DNA of 64,000 nt, taken from the NCBI GenBank assembly GCA_043228905.1, contig JBHGNT010000006.1, positions 9,300,001 through 9,364,000 on the forward strand, in the 5' to 3' direction. Below, one piece after another: positions 1 through 13,267 of this stretch; positions within the stretch are counted from its first letter, which is position 1, and each line of letters opens with the position of its first letter. Source of the DNA: Azolla caroliniana (lineage: Eukaryota; Plantae; Polypodiophyta). Below the pieces are notes generated by a model. The model was not told the DNA's origin and made no database searches. It worked only from the letters and a program-made list of their open reading frames with translations. A program made the position numbers and the translations under genes.

Positions 1-446
1 ACCTCGAATTTTGACAAAAGGAAAGATGTTCCACAGCAAGAGCATAGAATGCCATCGCGGGTAAACTTTCCTTCTTTCATGATCGATCCATCTCGTTTCT
101 TGAGGTAAAAAATGGGTTCAAGATCAGAGATCGTACCTGAATTAATGAGTCTGGAGAAGATACTAGAGGTTGATTTAACTTCCGAGGATAGCGACCATGA
201 TGGTGATGGTGATGATGATGATGATGAGGGCGAGTATGTTGACGATGAAAGATTCATTTTCTTTTTCGTGGTCGTTTTTGCTACCTTCATCTTCTTTGTA
301 GAGGATAATCTGTTGCTCTTTCTGGAGGACGGTGAAGAGGATAACGAAAAAGAAGAAGACGAAGAAGAAGAAGATGATGACGATGTGTCGTTAGGAAATG
401 ATCTCTTCTTAGGGTTTGTAGAATGCGATGAATATGTTACGGCCAT
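1..446 (-). CDS. 5' part of an IDM1-like (Tify-domain-binding domain; PHD/GNAT acetyltransferase family) gene, continuing beyond the left edge
   Basis: ATG at 446 opens a stop-free minus-strand frame to base 1. A Ser/Lys-rich N-terminus is followed by SIFSRLINSGTISDLEPIFYLKKRDGSIMKEGKFTRDGILCSCCGTSFLLSKFEV, matching the TDBD pattern of IDM1-like proteins (SWLIDSG...EG.ITRDGI.C.CC...SKFE.HAG). It is absent from the ORF track because there is no stop in the window. Confidence 0.8.
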   Translation of the reverse strand, partial: MAVTYSSHSTNPKKRSFPNDTSSSSSSSSSSSFSLSSSPSSRKSNRLSSTKKMKVAKTTTKKKMNLSSSTYSPSSSSSSPSPSWSLSSEVKSTSSIFSRLINSGTISDLEPIFYLKKRDGSIMKEGKFTRDGILCSCCGTSFLLSKFE

Positions 447-1042
447 AGGGAAGGAGAGAAAGATATAGGGAGAGGATTCGATTGATCTCCTTAATGTGAT
501 GCAGAGGGAGATAGATATGGTGATGAAGATAGTGGAAAGGATGATCTTTCTGTTTGCACAGAAGAAGGAGAAAGGAAGGAACACGACGAGATCAAGAAGA
601 AGCGGAAGAAGAACGAACAAATGAATGAGGGGGGAGGAGGAGGAGGAGGAGGAGGAGACGATGAATCAAGGAATGAAGGAATAAGGGGAAGATGAAACGA
701 ATGAAGGAGAAGAAACAAGACGGCGATGGCGATGGCGATGGCGTGCGCAGAGACGCGATCGATCGGATTCAAGACGAAGGAGGAGGAGGAAAACAGAAGA
801 AGAAGAAGAAGAAGAAGAAGGAGAAGAAGGAGACGAAATGAATATTGAAAAGGCAAGAAAAAACAGAAGGAGCGAGCGCACGCCCCTTTCAATTCCCGGC
901 TGCTGACGTGGCGGCCTCCGTCAGCCGGACGTCTCTTTCTTCTTCGTTATCGCCGTCATCTTAAGCTGCCGGCGACGGCGAAGGTCATCATCTCTCTCTC
1001 TCTCTCTCAAAAGACGTTAATCTCTCTCTATTTTTTATTATC

Positions 1043-1046
<4 letters not shown>

Positions 1047-1087
<41 letters not shown>
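1047..1087. repeat. (CT)n microsatellite
   Basis: Seen directly. Confidence 0.95.
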
Positions 1088-1090
<3 letters not shown>

Positions 1091-1830
1091 TGTGCTGGTG
1101 AAGCTCCTTCCTCTTATTTTGGAGCCACTTGTTTTACTTAATAGCTACAACTTACATCTAAATCCAAGCCATTTGTCACTATGTATGGATCTTCGGTGCC
1201 ACTCTCGCTAGCCTCTTACCTAGCATTATCTTTTATTTTACCCCGACTGACCGACCCACCAACCCGAGCTAGCCCTAGCTCTCTCACTCGCTACATTACA
1301 TAATACGTATATAACATATCTCTTCCCCTTTGTGCAATGTGAACACGATGGGACGAGATGGTTTTTTTTTTTTGGGGGGGGGGGAGAGGGGTATCTCTAT
1401 ACCTTGGTTGCCAAACCAAGCTAGCAAAAGAGGATCCTTCTTCCTGAAAAGATGGACAATGCAACATCGTCAAATCAAATGTCGGCAAATCATTTTGGTG
1501 GTGCTTTTGACATAAATATATGTGTACATACATACATACATAACATTAACTCATGGAAGAGATTTACAACGGCTCGACCAAGCAAAACGTGTGTAAATTA
1601 TACGCAAGTAAGTGAGTGGCTTGAGTGTGTTGTATGGAGAAATGCGGGAAACAGACCCCCAACGATATGTATGTATGTACACAGTTCTTCCAAAGGAAAG
1701 GAACTAAGACGAACGAACCGGCTGGTCTTTATTTAATAAAGCCAACCAAGTAAAGCTTAACTAACGGAGGGGCCAGCCGGTTGGGTTTCAGTTCCGTCCG
1801 TTAGTTAGGCTTTAGTTCGGTCCACGGAGG

Positions 1831-1833
<3 letters not shown>

Positions 1834-1880
<47 letters not shown>
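1834..1880. repeat. (AG)n microsatellite upstream of the PPR gene
   Basis: Seen directly. Confidence 0.95.
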
Positions 1881-1881
<1 letters not shown>

Positions 1882-1977
1882 GGAAAAACCTCTCTGTTTC
1901 CCGAGACGAGAGGTAAGGAGTTCGAATCTCGCTGCAACCATCGTCATGTGAACAATAACTGAAATGATTTCCCAGCG

Positions 1978-3615
1978 ATGAAGGGTGAGAGAATACACAG
2001 CCATATTCGATCCATCTCTTCTTCTTCTTCTTCTTCTTCTTCTTCTGTTGCTTCTGCAGGAAAGAAAGGTTCTGCTGTACCCTACTATTCTCTTCTGCTG
2101 CAATCCAGCAATGGCATAGAAATCCGATCCATCCATCATCATCTCATCGTCGATTCTCTCAACCAAGATGTCTTCTTATCCAACCACCTCATCCAGATCT
2201 ATGGACAACATGGCTTTCTTGATGAAAGCTTCTCTGTTTTCTACAGATTGGAACGGAGGAACATCTTCTCCTGGACAACCATGATTATAGCATGTGTTCT
2301 TTTTTATAGCCATGAAGTTGCGGCATTTCAGATTCTTGAAAATATGTTATCAGAAGGTATGCTTCCTATCCATCACACGTTTAGCGCTATTGTTGGATCA
2401 TGTATATGCAAAGAAAGAGGTAAACGCCTCCATGTCTATATACTGAATGCTGGATTAGAAACAAACGCGTATGTTGGATCATCTCTCATCGATATGTATG
2501 GTAAATGTGGTTGTTTGAAGAGCTCTCAGCAAGCTTTCAATCTCATTCACATAAAAGATAGTGTTTCTTGGACGGCCATGATCACAATCTATGCTTCTAA
2601 TGAAAGCAGAAAAGCGATAGATCTCTACTTTAGGATGGAGAGACATGGAATGAGACCTAATGAAGTAACATTTAGTTCGATTCTTGTTGCTTGTGTCAAT
2701 CTTTCGGATTTAGTGACTGGGAGAATGATCCATGCCAAGGTCTACCAAAATGGATTCTGTTCAGTTTTGTTAGTCGCTAATGCGCTACTAAATATGTATG
2801 GGAAATGTGGTCATTTGGAGGAAGCAACGTGGACCTTTAATGATCAAAATCAACGAGATACTGTATCATGGAATTCGATCATTTTGGCACATACTTTGCA
2901 TGAGAAGCATGAGGAGGCCATCAAGCTTTTTACACAGATGGGGGAAGAAGGAATGGAGCCTAATGATGTCACTTTCATCAATGTTCTTAGTGCATGTGCT
3001 GAATTGATAGTGCCGATTCAAGGAAAAGTAGTTCATTCATGGATAGTTTGCTTAGGTTTTGATTTATTTCCTGTGGTTAGTACTGCCCTTGTATCTATGT
3101 ATGGAAAGTGTGGATGCATTAATGATGCTGATAATGTCTTCTATAACACGTGTATACGTGATGTTGTCTCATGGACCTCTTTAATAGAGGCTTATGCTTC
3201 CCATGGCTATGCCAAAGTCGTTATTGAACTTCTTTTGAAGATGCAATGTGAAGGAGTGAAACCTGATGCGATTACCTACATAAGTGTTCTTTCATCGTGT
3301 AGTCATGCTGGTTGGGTTGATGAGGCATGCCGACAATTTAAATTGATGAATGAGGATTATAGTGTGTCATCTACCATAGAGCATTATGGTTGTTTGATTG
3401 ATTTGTATGGTCGAGTAGGGAAGCTAGAAGAGGCTGAGATGCTAATGTTTGAAATGCCATTTCTGCCCAATGATGTTGTGTGGGAGATTTTCATTAGTGC
3501 TTGCCAGGTTCATCATGATTTAGAGAGAGGGAGATCAGTAGCTGAGCAAATGATCTGGGTGATTCCTGAATGTTCTATACCATATGTTCTAGCATCAAAT
3601 ATATATGCTTTGTAA
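1978..3615 (+). CDS. PLS-class pentatricopeptide repeat protein (organellar RNA-editing-factor type), ending within the E domain
   Basis: Intronless 545-aa ORF with repeated LIDMYGKCG / DVVSWT.MI / PNEVTF..IL.AC motifs, then HYGCLIDLYGRVGKLEEA, MPF.P...VW..FISAC.VH and a terminal YVLASNIYA. The Ser-rich N-terminus may be a transit peptide. Confidence 0.93.
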   Translation: MKGERIHSHIRSISSSSSSSSSSVASAGKKGSAVPYYSLLLQSSNGIEIRSIHHHLIVDSLNQDVFLSNHLIQIYGQHGFLDESFSVFYRLERRNIFSWTTMIIACVLFYSHEVAAFQILENMLSEGMLPIHHTFSAIVGSCICKERGKRLHVYILNAGLETNAYVGSSLIDMYGKCGCLKSSQQAFNLIHIKDSVSWTAMITIYASNESRKAIDLYFRMERHGMRPNEVTFSSILVACVNLSDLVTGRMIHAKVYQNGFCSVLLVANALLNMYGKCGHLEEATWTFNDQNQRDTVSWNSIILAHTLHEKHEEAIKLFTQMGEEGMEPNDVTFINVLSACAELIVPIQGKVVHSWIVCLGFDLFPVVSTALVSMYGKCGCINDADNVFYNTCIRDVVSWTSLIEAYASHGYAKVVIELLLKMQCEGVKPDAITYISVLSSCSHAGWVDEACRQFKLMNEDYSVSSTIEHYGCLIDLYGRVGKLEEAEMLMFEMPFLPNDVVWEIFISACQVHHDLERGRSVAEQMIWVIPECSIPYVLASNIYAL

Positions 3616-4624
3616 AAGAGAATTGGCAATTTTTTTTTCTAACGTGTATGCTTTGTAAATGAAGGATTGAGTATGAGGTGTGAGAGAACTTACGCTTTAA
3701 AGAAGGGTGCAAGACCACGGAGGTCAATAGTATAGAGCATAAGTTTGTTGCTTTACTCTGAAAGGAAGGAAATTTATGCTTCTGTGGAAGCTTAACTGAG
3801 AAGTTTACCATGGCTTCATTGGTTTAGAGATGACATCTGTTCTCATGGGGTTTCATTACTGGTGACAGTTTCATAGAAGCTTAGGACAAATGCATGTGAT
3901 TTGCACAAGAAAAGTAGCTTACTAACTCTTGATTGAAACAAAGGAAGTTCCCAACAGACATTGTCATCATAGGCCTGTTGTATTATTGAATGATCACGCA
4001 TGATATCACATGTATATGGATGGCATATCGTCCTATTTGGATATGTGTATCAGTGAGAAACAGTGAGAGACCAAAATGGTATTGGGAGGATGTGGATGAT
4101 GATGTTCATACTATCCTTGAAGACATAGATGATATTACGCTTTCTGCCTAAAACATTGACCAATTAAACATTGATGTTGAATGCATGAGATGATATTTTT
4201 AATGATAGTAATCATGTTCATATCCAAACGAAAGAGAAGGCGAATATTTTATTAGGAGTGTGGAAGTGCAATAGGATCTCTAAGTTCAATCAGGTGAACC
4301 ACTTTTCAGGATACTTACGTGCGGACATTGTAGAAAACAAAAAATGGTGTTTTGACTAAATCTGCTATTTTCTTTCTTTATTAAAATTTTAAAATATTTC
4401 TTTTCAGGCGATTCTAAACAAAATGGTTCATTATTATCTCCGTGATCTAAGTGCACTTGTGATTTCATGTACTTGAGTCCTCTTCAAAATCCACACAGTG
4501 GTGGTCAACATAATGCCAAATTTGTCTTGATTGTAGATAATATATGAACAACCAGATCATAATGACAATCTGATCATATATACAAACCTCTAGAAGAAAA
4601 GTAGATCATGTGTGCCCAATTTCT

Positions 4625-7600
4625 TAGTCCAAACATCATGACCACTGCAACAAACACTCCCCACTCTGTGATGAACGCCGTCTTATCCTGGTCCATCGGG
4701 TGCATCCGAATTTGATTCTATCCACTGAATCCATCCAAGAAATTGTACACTTTGTGACCAGCTATTGCATCTAATACTCCATCTGTGAATGGTGGTGGAA
4801 AGCCATTGGTTATTGTGGTTGTATTAAGTTTCCGGTAGTCAACACATATCCAGATTTTGCTGTTCTTATTTGATACTACGACTATTGGGCTCAACCACGT
4901 TGCTTGCTTTACTGGTAAGATGAAACTGATTCTTAGCAATTTATCAATTTCTTCTTTTACTTTTGCCGCATAATTTGGGTTCATCGGGTAACGTCGTTGC
5001 GCTACCGGCTTCACATCCTTACTGAGATGGATCTGGTGTTGGTACAACTGGGGGTCCAAGCCTCACATATTTTCGTATGACCATGCAAAAACGTCCCGGA
5101 ATTCTTTGAGTAGCTCGATCATTGTTGTTTTCCCCTTTGGTAGCATTTCCCTTGCCACGTTTACTGGTCTCAACACCTCACCTATCCCCAGGTCGACCTC
5201 TTCCAAGTTGGAAGCCTTTACTCTTTGGGATACGACAATGTCCTGCTCTTGTCGTAGTTCTCGGATCACCTCCTGATCCGGCGCGTCAATTCCGTCCTCC
5301 TGGTTTGTGATGTACGACGTGATGGCTTTGGCTACATCCACTTCGAATAGTGGCACGATCTTGGGATGTTCCTCTAAATACCGGTCGACTTCGTCATCTG
5401 CCAATCCATCCAACATGTTAATACTTTCCGCGTATAGCGGTGTTACTTGCTTACTTGTGCTAGTTTGTTGGTGTGTCGGCACCTACACTTTAGTTTTCCC
5501 TCGCTAGAAGGTAATCATGTTCTTCTGCCAGTTTTGCTTAATATGCGCAGTTCGCAACCATGGTTTTGCTAATAACAGGGGGTATGCCCATGACGCGTTG
5601 AGTTGCGGGATCATTGTGGAGATTTGGAACGCGTGCCCTTTGATTGTAATGTCGAGGTTCCAGTATTTGCCATTCGTAGCTAGAATGGGCACGATTCCCA
5701 TTCTTTGATGCCCAATGTATCACATGTCAGTTGGCTGATTACATTTACACCAGAGCCTCCGTCAATAATTCTTTTGGGTACCTCGCTTCCTTTGTTGATT
5801 ACCGTGACTACAAGACTACTTGTATCGATAATTGTCGGTCCTTCCTCTGGGTTTGAGAAAAATACCAGCGCTGGCTCCAAATTTTGTTTTGAGAAAGCCG
5901 ATTTTAACCCTTTTGTAAATCTGGGAACCAATTGCAAAAGCTGGCCCAGTGGCAACATAATCTGGCATTGTTGCAAAGGCTGCCAGGTCGGGTCGGTGTC
6001 CATGTTCTCGAGTGGTTGTCCGAAAACTTGGTCTGCTCTTTTAATTCGGCCAAGTTCTGTTCATTGGCCTTTTGTATCCACTCTGTAGCCTACTTCTGGA
6101 TTGCCTCCTGGGCCTCCCACTCTACAACTTTCCCTTTCGATCGGGTGGTGACATGTTGTACATCCATGACTTCTACGGTCACCATGTTCACTACCGGCTG
6201 TTTCTTGTTAAACTTGACTGGGCACTGGATGCTATAATGGCCTTCCTTCTGACAATAGTAATAGTACACTTTTCGGATATTGCTCGATTCCTCTTTTTCT
6301 GTAGTACTCGGTTGGATACCGGAATTCATCTAGTTGATATCTTTTGGCCGCCACTGCTCTGGTTGTGGGACGATCGTGCTTGTATTTGGCTCCCGTCGAT
6401 ATTCTCGTGTCGGTTCACGCCACTCATCTCGCTGGAAATTTTCTCTACGTTTGTTTGGATTGTGTCGGTTGTTGCGGTACCCTTGCCATTGTGGGTACCA
6501 TCTGTCTAGGTCTGGGTACACTCGCCGTTCCGGGTACCTTTTATCGTCTCTTAGCCGATCATTATCCGGAGAGTAATCTCGCTCATAGTCCTCTCTCCGT
6601 CTGTCATCATACCGGTAACTGCGTTTCGGTCGGTAGCAGTCGTCTCTTTGGAACCTTTCCTCGTCCGGTCGTTGCTCACCCTAGGGCTCAATGTGTCGAA
6701 TTAGTGCAACTTGTCGATTTAAAATATTGTACTCACACCGGTCCATGGTGTGTGACCAGGAGTGACATAGCATGCACTGAGCCTGCATTGTGCATTCTAA
6801 TGTGGAGTGGCGGGGGTTGAGGCATGTTGTGCACTGGACTGCCTACTGAAACCGTAGGTCCTCCTCTCTAGGCAACACTCGTTGTACAACTCCCATCGCC
6901 ATGTAGTTACTGTTTTGGGCCCTATCCATTTCAGCCACTCAGTCGACAACTTGATCAATGGTGTTGGTCCAAAATTTACAACACGGAAAGCATTGTTTGG
7001 AGTGGTTCCCAGAGCATGGCCAAAAAGACTACTTTTGTCTCATCCTCCAGAGGTGCGGTTGTAAGTTCACTATGTAGTGTCTGAAATCGAATGTGAATTG
7101 TGGAACAATCTTGATGGGCTCCTGATATATCGTATAAAATTGGCCGACGAGCTCCCTCTGAACAGTCATAGAAATTTATCCTGTAGGGCTTCAAACGTGC
7201 GAAGGTACCCAGAAGATGCTTTTTGTGCCATCGCACCGCTGGTCCTTCTAGGGTCATACCGAATTCCACGATCTTTGATCGCTCAGCTTCAGCTTCAGTC
7301 AATCGTTGTGAAACATGGTTGGCTTCCGATGTTTGCAAAAAGGCGTACACATGTGCTTCCGCATCTGGGTTGTCTCTGTATTTGGAGTACGTGTACAACA
7401 TGTTGTCGTCGTCTGCCAATCGTTCTAGTGATGGTGTCGGTATGCGATCATCCTTCTTCTCCGATTATCGGTTTAGTGGTGGTGTTGGTATGCGATTATT
7501 CTCTTTTTCTGGTTGTGGTTCCATATTCTCCTCTTGACTTCGGTGTCGGTGTGTGCTCAGGTTCGTCTTCCTCTGGTTCGTCCGGAGTATCGTGACTCGA

Positions 7601-8383
7601 ACGATAGTTGGACTGTACATTGTGTTCGTTGTCTGACTTCGACTCGAATGCGGAAAATGCTTTCGAGTCCCTGGCGCATGTGGCTAGGGTTTGCAGTATC
7701 AATTATGTGTCATGCAAATTGCTCAGACTGCGGCCTTTGTTTGAATTTCATTGGTTTTGCAACTGAATTGTCTCCTTCGCAACCTACCGAATCTCTCTGG
7801 AAAAAGACTGATCCTATCGGATCTCCTTGACCGCCTATTGGTAGGCCTCTTGGCTAGTCTTCTCACTCGTTCGGCAACTGGGTTGTTCATCGGTCTAGTC
7901 ATCCACTCCCCGTCATTCTCTGCACCATGTAGGAATCGTGGTCGCCATAACTGTGTTTACTCTGGGTTGGACATAGCCACAAACACTGGGGTGTCCGTTC
8001 TAGACACTTCACCAAAGGGTATTTTCTGGATACTCTCCGGATGATTAATACACACCCGATTAATGAAAACACGTGTAAGATTATGAATGAAAGTGTAGAA
8101 CGACAAGTAAGCAAGAGACACAATAGAATTAAAGTAGAACACTCAAACATTTATTACTTCCGTTGCCAATTACATCAATTCTCGGATCCTTTTATAGGCA
8201 TCCGGTTGGAAATACAAAATGGTGCTTTACCGGCTACCAACTATCAATCGGTCCGGATCCGGATCGGTACAACTATTCTGGATCCCTCCGTTCCAGTAAT
8301 ATTTCTAATTAATAATTAATCTAATTATAATATCCAACTCGTCCCTTTCCACACTTGTCCTCCGGATCATACTCCGGCCAACA
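4625..8383 (-). mobile_element. Ty3/gypsy LTR retrotransposon A, degenerate and 3'-truncated inside RT
   Basis: 5' LTR 7954-8383 (TGTTGGCC...GTAAACA on minus), PBS TGGCGACCACG at 7947-7937. Broken gag (YAFLQT..ANH, FGMTLEG), zinc knuckle (CQKEGHYSIQC), protease (IIDGGSGVN) and RT (WLSPIVVV, CVDYRKLN, FLDGFSG, EWGVFVAVVMMFGL). Left end is approximate. Confidence 0.88.
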
Positions 8384-8437
8384 CCGTGCAACATCTATCT
8401 TGGAGTTAGTGCACATGGATCTTTGTGGTCCTATTAA
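8384..8437 (+). mobile_element. 54-bp integrase fragment of host Ty1/copia H
   Basis: Reads RATSILELVHMDLCGPI and continues after gypsy B at 38480 as IKTTTLGGARYFMLIID. Confidence 0.85.
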
Positions 8438-8969
8438 TGTTGGCCTAGAGTATGATCCGGAGGGTTAATGTGTGCAAGGATGAGTCGGAGAATAATATTA
8501 TAATTAGAAGCATAAGCATTAGTTAGGAAATATTATAGGAACGGATGGATCCGGATAGTTGTACCGATCCGGATCCACATTGATTAATAGTGCCGATAGC
8601 CGGTAAGGCACCGTTTTGTATTTCCTATTGGATGCCTATAAAAGGGTCCAGAATCGATGTGATTGGTCTAACGGAAGTAATATGAGATTAGTGTTCTATT
8701 TTAATTCTATTGGGTCTCTGTGTACTTGCCGTTCTGTGCTTCAATTGTTAATCTTACGCGTGTTATAACTAATCTACTTTGTCTTAACAATCCGGAAGTA
8801 ACCGGAATTAATCGGATCGGAATCGGATAGCCGGATAACATCCATCCCTTAACCACCCTTTGGTGAAGTGTTCCGGAATGGACACCCTGTGTTTGAGGCT
8901 AAGTCCAACCCATAGTAAACATAGTTTTGGCGACCACGATTTTTGCAAAGTGCAACGAACGACAAGGAA

Positions 8970-11900
8970 TGGATGACTAGATTGACAAACGACCCAATTG
9001 TCGAACGAGCAAGAAGACTGGCCAAGAGACTACGGAGGCGGGAGGCCTACCAGTGGGTGGCTAAGGAGATCCGACAGGATCGGTCTTTTCCTAGAGAGAT
9101 TCGGCGGGTCGTGGAGGAGACAATCCGATTGCAAACTTAGCGACATTCAGATGAAGGCATCAACTTGAGCAGTTTGCGCGACACAGAATCGATACTGCAA
9201 ACTCTAGCCACAGGCACCGAGGACACGGAAGTATTTTCAGCATTTGAATAAGAGATAGACAACGAACACAATGTCCACTCCAACTACCGATCTAGTCACG
9301 ATACTCCGGACGAACTGGAGGAAGATGGATCTAAGCACACATCGACACTGGAGTCGGAAACGACGATACGACCGACACACAAAGAGAATCCGGAACAACA
9401 ATCGGAGAAGACGGATGATTGCGTACCAACGCTACCACCGGACCGACAATCAGAGAAGACTGACGATCGTGTATTGATACCACCACTGGATCGACAATCG
9501 GAGAAGAAGGACGATCGTGTACTGACGCCACCACCGGAACAATCGTACATGTACCCCAAATATAGAGATGAATCGGATGCAGAGGTACACGTGTACGCCT
9601 TTTTGCAAACATGGGAAGCCAATCATGTTTCACAACGGCTGGCGGAAGCAGAAGTAGAGCGGTCAAAAATTGCGAAATTTGGCATGACCCTGGAGGGACT
9701 GACGACAAGATGGCACGCAAAGCATCTTGTGGGTAGCTTCGCCATGTTATAAGCCTTGCGGGATAAATTTCTGTGACTGTTTTACCGACAGGTGAACCAG
9801 AGGGAGCTCGTCGGACAAATTTATACGGTATATCAGGAACCCAACGAGACAGTCCCACAATTCATCATCCGAATCTAGACACTGCATAGTTAGCTTACAA
9901 GGGAACCTCTAGAGGATGAGTCAAAAGCAGTCTTTTTGGCCGCGCTCTAGGAGACGCTTCGGACAATGCTATCAATGTTGGACTTCAGGACCAACACCAT
10001 GGATGAAGTCACCCACCAGGAGTAGGAAATGGATAAGGCCCAAAACAGTAATTACATGGTGATGGGGGCCCTGCAATGAGCATTACCTAGAGAAGAAGAC
10101 TTGCGATTTTGGTAGGCCATGTAGTGCACAACATGCCTCAACCCTGACCACTCCACATTGGAATGTACAATGCGGACCTGGTGCATGTTGTGTCACTCCT
10201 GGTCTCACACCATGGAGCAGTGTGAGTACAATCTATTAAATTGGCAAGCAACACCGGTTCAACACATTGAGCTCAAGGTGAGCGACGACCAGACGAGGAC
10301 CGGTTCCAGGATGATGACCGATACCGACCGAAACGTGGTTACCGCTATGATGACAGATGACGAGAAGATTATGACTGAGACCACTACAAAAGAGATTACT
10401 CTGCAGATTATGACTAGTGAAGATACGAAAGAAGGTTTCTGGAACGACGAGCGTACCCGAACTAGGATAAGCAAGGATATTGCAATAACCGACGACACCC
10501 GAATAACCGTAGAGGAAATTTTCGACGAGATGAGCGTCGAGAGACGATCCGGGAATACCGTCGAGAGCTAGATACAAATCATTCCGTCCCACTACCGTAA
10601 CCACGGAGGCTGGAAGATACCAACCGGATTAATTCTGGTATCTAGTCAGGTAATGCAGAAATAGGGGAAACGAGCGGTATCCAAAAACTATATTGTTATT
10701 ATCGTCAGTGGGAAGACCATTACAACAACAATTGCCTTGGAAAAGCCAAAGAGAAACAACCGCCAGTTAGCATGGTGACTGCCGAATTCATGAATGTACA
10801 ACAAGTCACCACCCGATCAAAAGGAAAGGCCACGGAATGGGAGACCCAGGAGGCAATTCGGAAGTAGGCTACATAGTGGTTACAAAAGGCTAATGAAAGG
10901 AACATGGCCGAATTGGAAGAACAGACCAAGTTCCTGGAAGTGCCAATCGACAACACGGACAACGACCTGTCCTGGTAGGGTATGCAACAATGTTAGATTA
11001 TGCTGCCACTGGGCCGGCTTTTGCAATTGGTTCCCAGATTTACGGAAGGGTTAAAGTAGGCATTGTCACCACTCAATTCGGAGCCGACACCAACATTCTT
11101 CTCAAATCCGGAGGAAGTATCAGTCGTGGTAGACACGAGTAGTCCGGTAGTAACGGACATCATAAGGGAAATGAGGTACCAGGAACGATTATTGACAGAG
11201 GATCCGACGTGAATGTAACCAGTTGAGGGACTTGTGAAACATTGGGCATCAACGAATGGGAACTGTGCCCATTCTGGCTACGAATGGTAGATACCGGTTC
11301 GGTCTAGTCAATAGGACTCATCCAAAACCTTGACATCATGATCAGAGGTCATGCGTTCCGTATTTTCCCCGTGGTATTGCAGCTCAATGCGCCGGGGGCA
11401 TATCCCCTATTATTGGGAAGACCATGGTTGAAAACAACACACATAAAGTAGAATTAGCAGAAGAATGTGATAACTTTCAGATTTGGGAAAACCAAAGCCC
11501 GGGTACCAACTCGGGAATGGGCCAGTACGAGCAAGTAGCTAACACCGCTATATGCTGAAAGTATCAATATGTTGGACGGATTGACGGATGATGAAATTGA
11601 CCAATACTTAGACGAACATGCCAAGATCGTACCACTTTTCGAGGTAGATGTAGCTGATGTCGTCACGCCGTACATTTCACACCAAGAGGACGAATTGGAT
11701 GAGCCGGATCGGGAGGCAATCCGGGAACTCCGGCAGGCGCATGAATCGTTTGGGAGAGAGATGGTTGTATCCCAAAGAGTAAAGGCATCCAAACTGGAAG
11801 ACGTTGACCTCGGGACAACTTAGGCGCCTAGACAAGTCAATGTGGCGAAGGAAATGTCACCTAATGAAAAAACGGCAATGATCGAACTATTGAAAGAATT

Positions 11901-13267
11901 CAAGGATGTCTTTGGCACATGGTCCTATGAAGATATGCGGGATTTGGACCCCAAGTTGTATCAACATCAGATCCGCCTTAGCAAGGATGCTAAACTAGTA
12001 GCATAGAGACGTTACCGGATGAATCTGAACTATGCGTTGAAGGTAAAAGAAGAAATTGACAAGTTGCTTAGAGTGGGTTTTATTCGGCCAGTGAAGTAGG
12101 CTACATGGTTAAGTCCGATAGTCGTAGTAATGAAGAAGAACGAGAAAATATGGGTGTGTGTCGACTACCGGAAACTTGACGCAGCCACGGTGACGAATAC
12201 CTTTCCGCTACCATTTACGGATGACGTATTGGGCGTGGTAGTCGGACATGAAGTTTACAGCTTTCTAGACGGATTTAGTGGGTATAATCAAATCCGGATG
12301 CATCCGGATGACCAGGAAAAGATGACCTTCATGAAGGAATGGGGAGTGTTTGTTGTAGTCGTCATAATGTTTGGGATAAAGACGACACCAACAACATTTC
12401 AACGGATTATCATGGTAATATTCGGAGAATATATTCTGGCCTTCATGCAGGTGTTTCTTGATGATTTTGTTGTTTATAGCCGGAGGGAGGACAACTTGAA
12501 CCATCTCCGGATGTGTCTTGAGAAATGCCGGGGATACAGATTGAGTTTAAATTCGGCAAAGTGCGTATTCGGGGTTACCAGCGGAGCACTACTCAGACAT
12601 ATAGTGAGCAAAGAAGCAATTGCAGTGGATCCGGACAAAGTGAAAGCAATTCTACAAGCACCAACGCCAACAAACGCGAAGTCCTTGAGCCGATTCTTGG
12701 GGCAAATTTGGTGGAACAGCTAGATGCTCTAGTACTTAGCGGATTTCGGAACTCCGTTGCATGCAGTAGTACATAGATTACCATTTCAGTGGACGGAGCA
12801 GGAGGATAAAGCCTATCAAGCGCTCAAAGTCATGCTTTCACAGGCACCAGTGGTATAACCTCTCGACTGGACAAAGGATTTCCACGTATTTGTAGATGCA
12901 TAAGATGTAGCCATCGGAAGTGTCCTAATGCAGCTCACAGAGTCGAAATGGTTCTGGCCGGTGTATTACGTGACCTGGAAGCTTTCCAAAGCCAAGTGAA
13001 ATGATTCAACAACGGAAAGAGAAGCTCTGGGTTGGTTTATAACGTAACAAACTACGGGTAGTATTTGTTAGGCCGGAAATTTTCATTCCATGTGGACCAC
13101 TCCGTGTTAGTCTATCTGGTATCAAAGGCGTCACTAATGGGGAAGCTAGCAAGATGGACCTTATTACTGCAGGAATTCGAATTCGACATATATCATCGGC
13201 CCGGAGTGCAACATGCAGTAGCAGATTATTTGAGTCGGTTGGAATCCGGCGAATCCGGTGACGGGGG
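8970..13267 (+). pseudogene. gag-pol of gypsy B (gag, zinc knuckles, PR, RT, RNase H) with many stops
   Basis: YAFLQTWEANH, CVDYRKLD, FLDGFSGYNQI, VFLDDF, GKLARWTLLLQEF, VADYLSRL; interrupted at 13268 by element C. Confidence 0.88.

Noticed and set aside
112-468. 118-aa acidic + strand ORF
   Set aside because: Antisense shadow of the Ser-rich IDM1-like N-terminus on the minus strand
491-892. Low-complexity minus-strand ORFs
   Set aside because: Translations of GAA/GGA microsatellites in a probable 5' UTR/promoter
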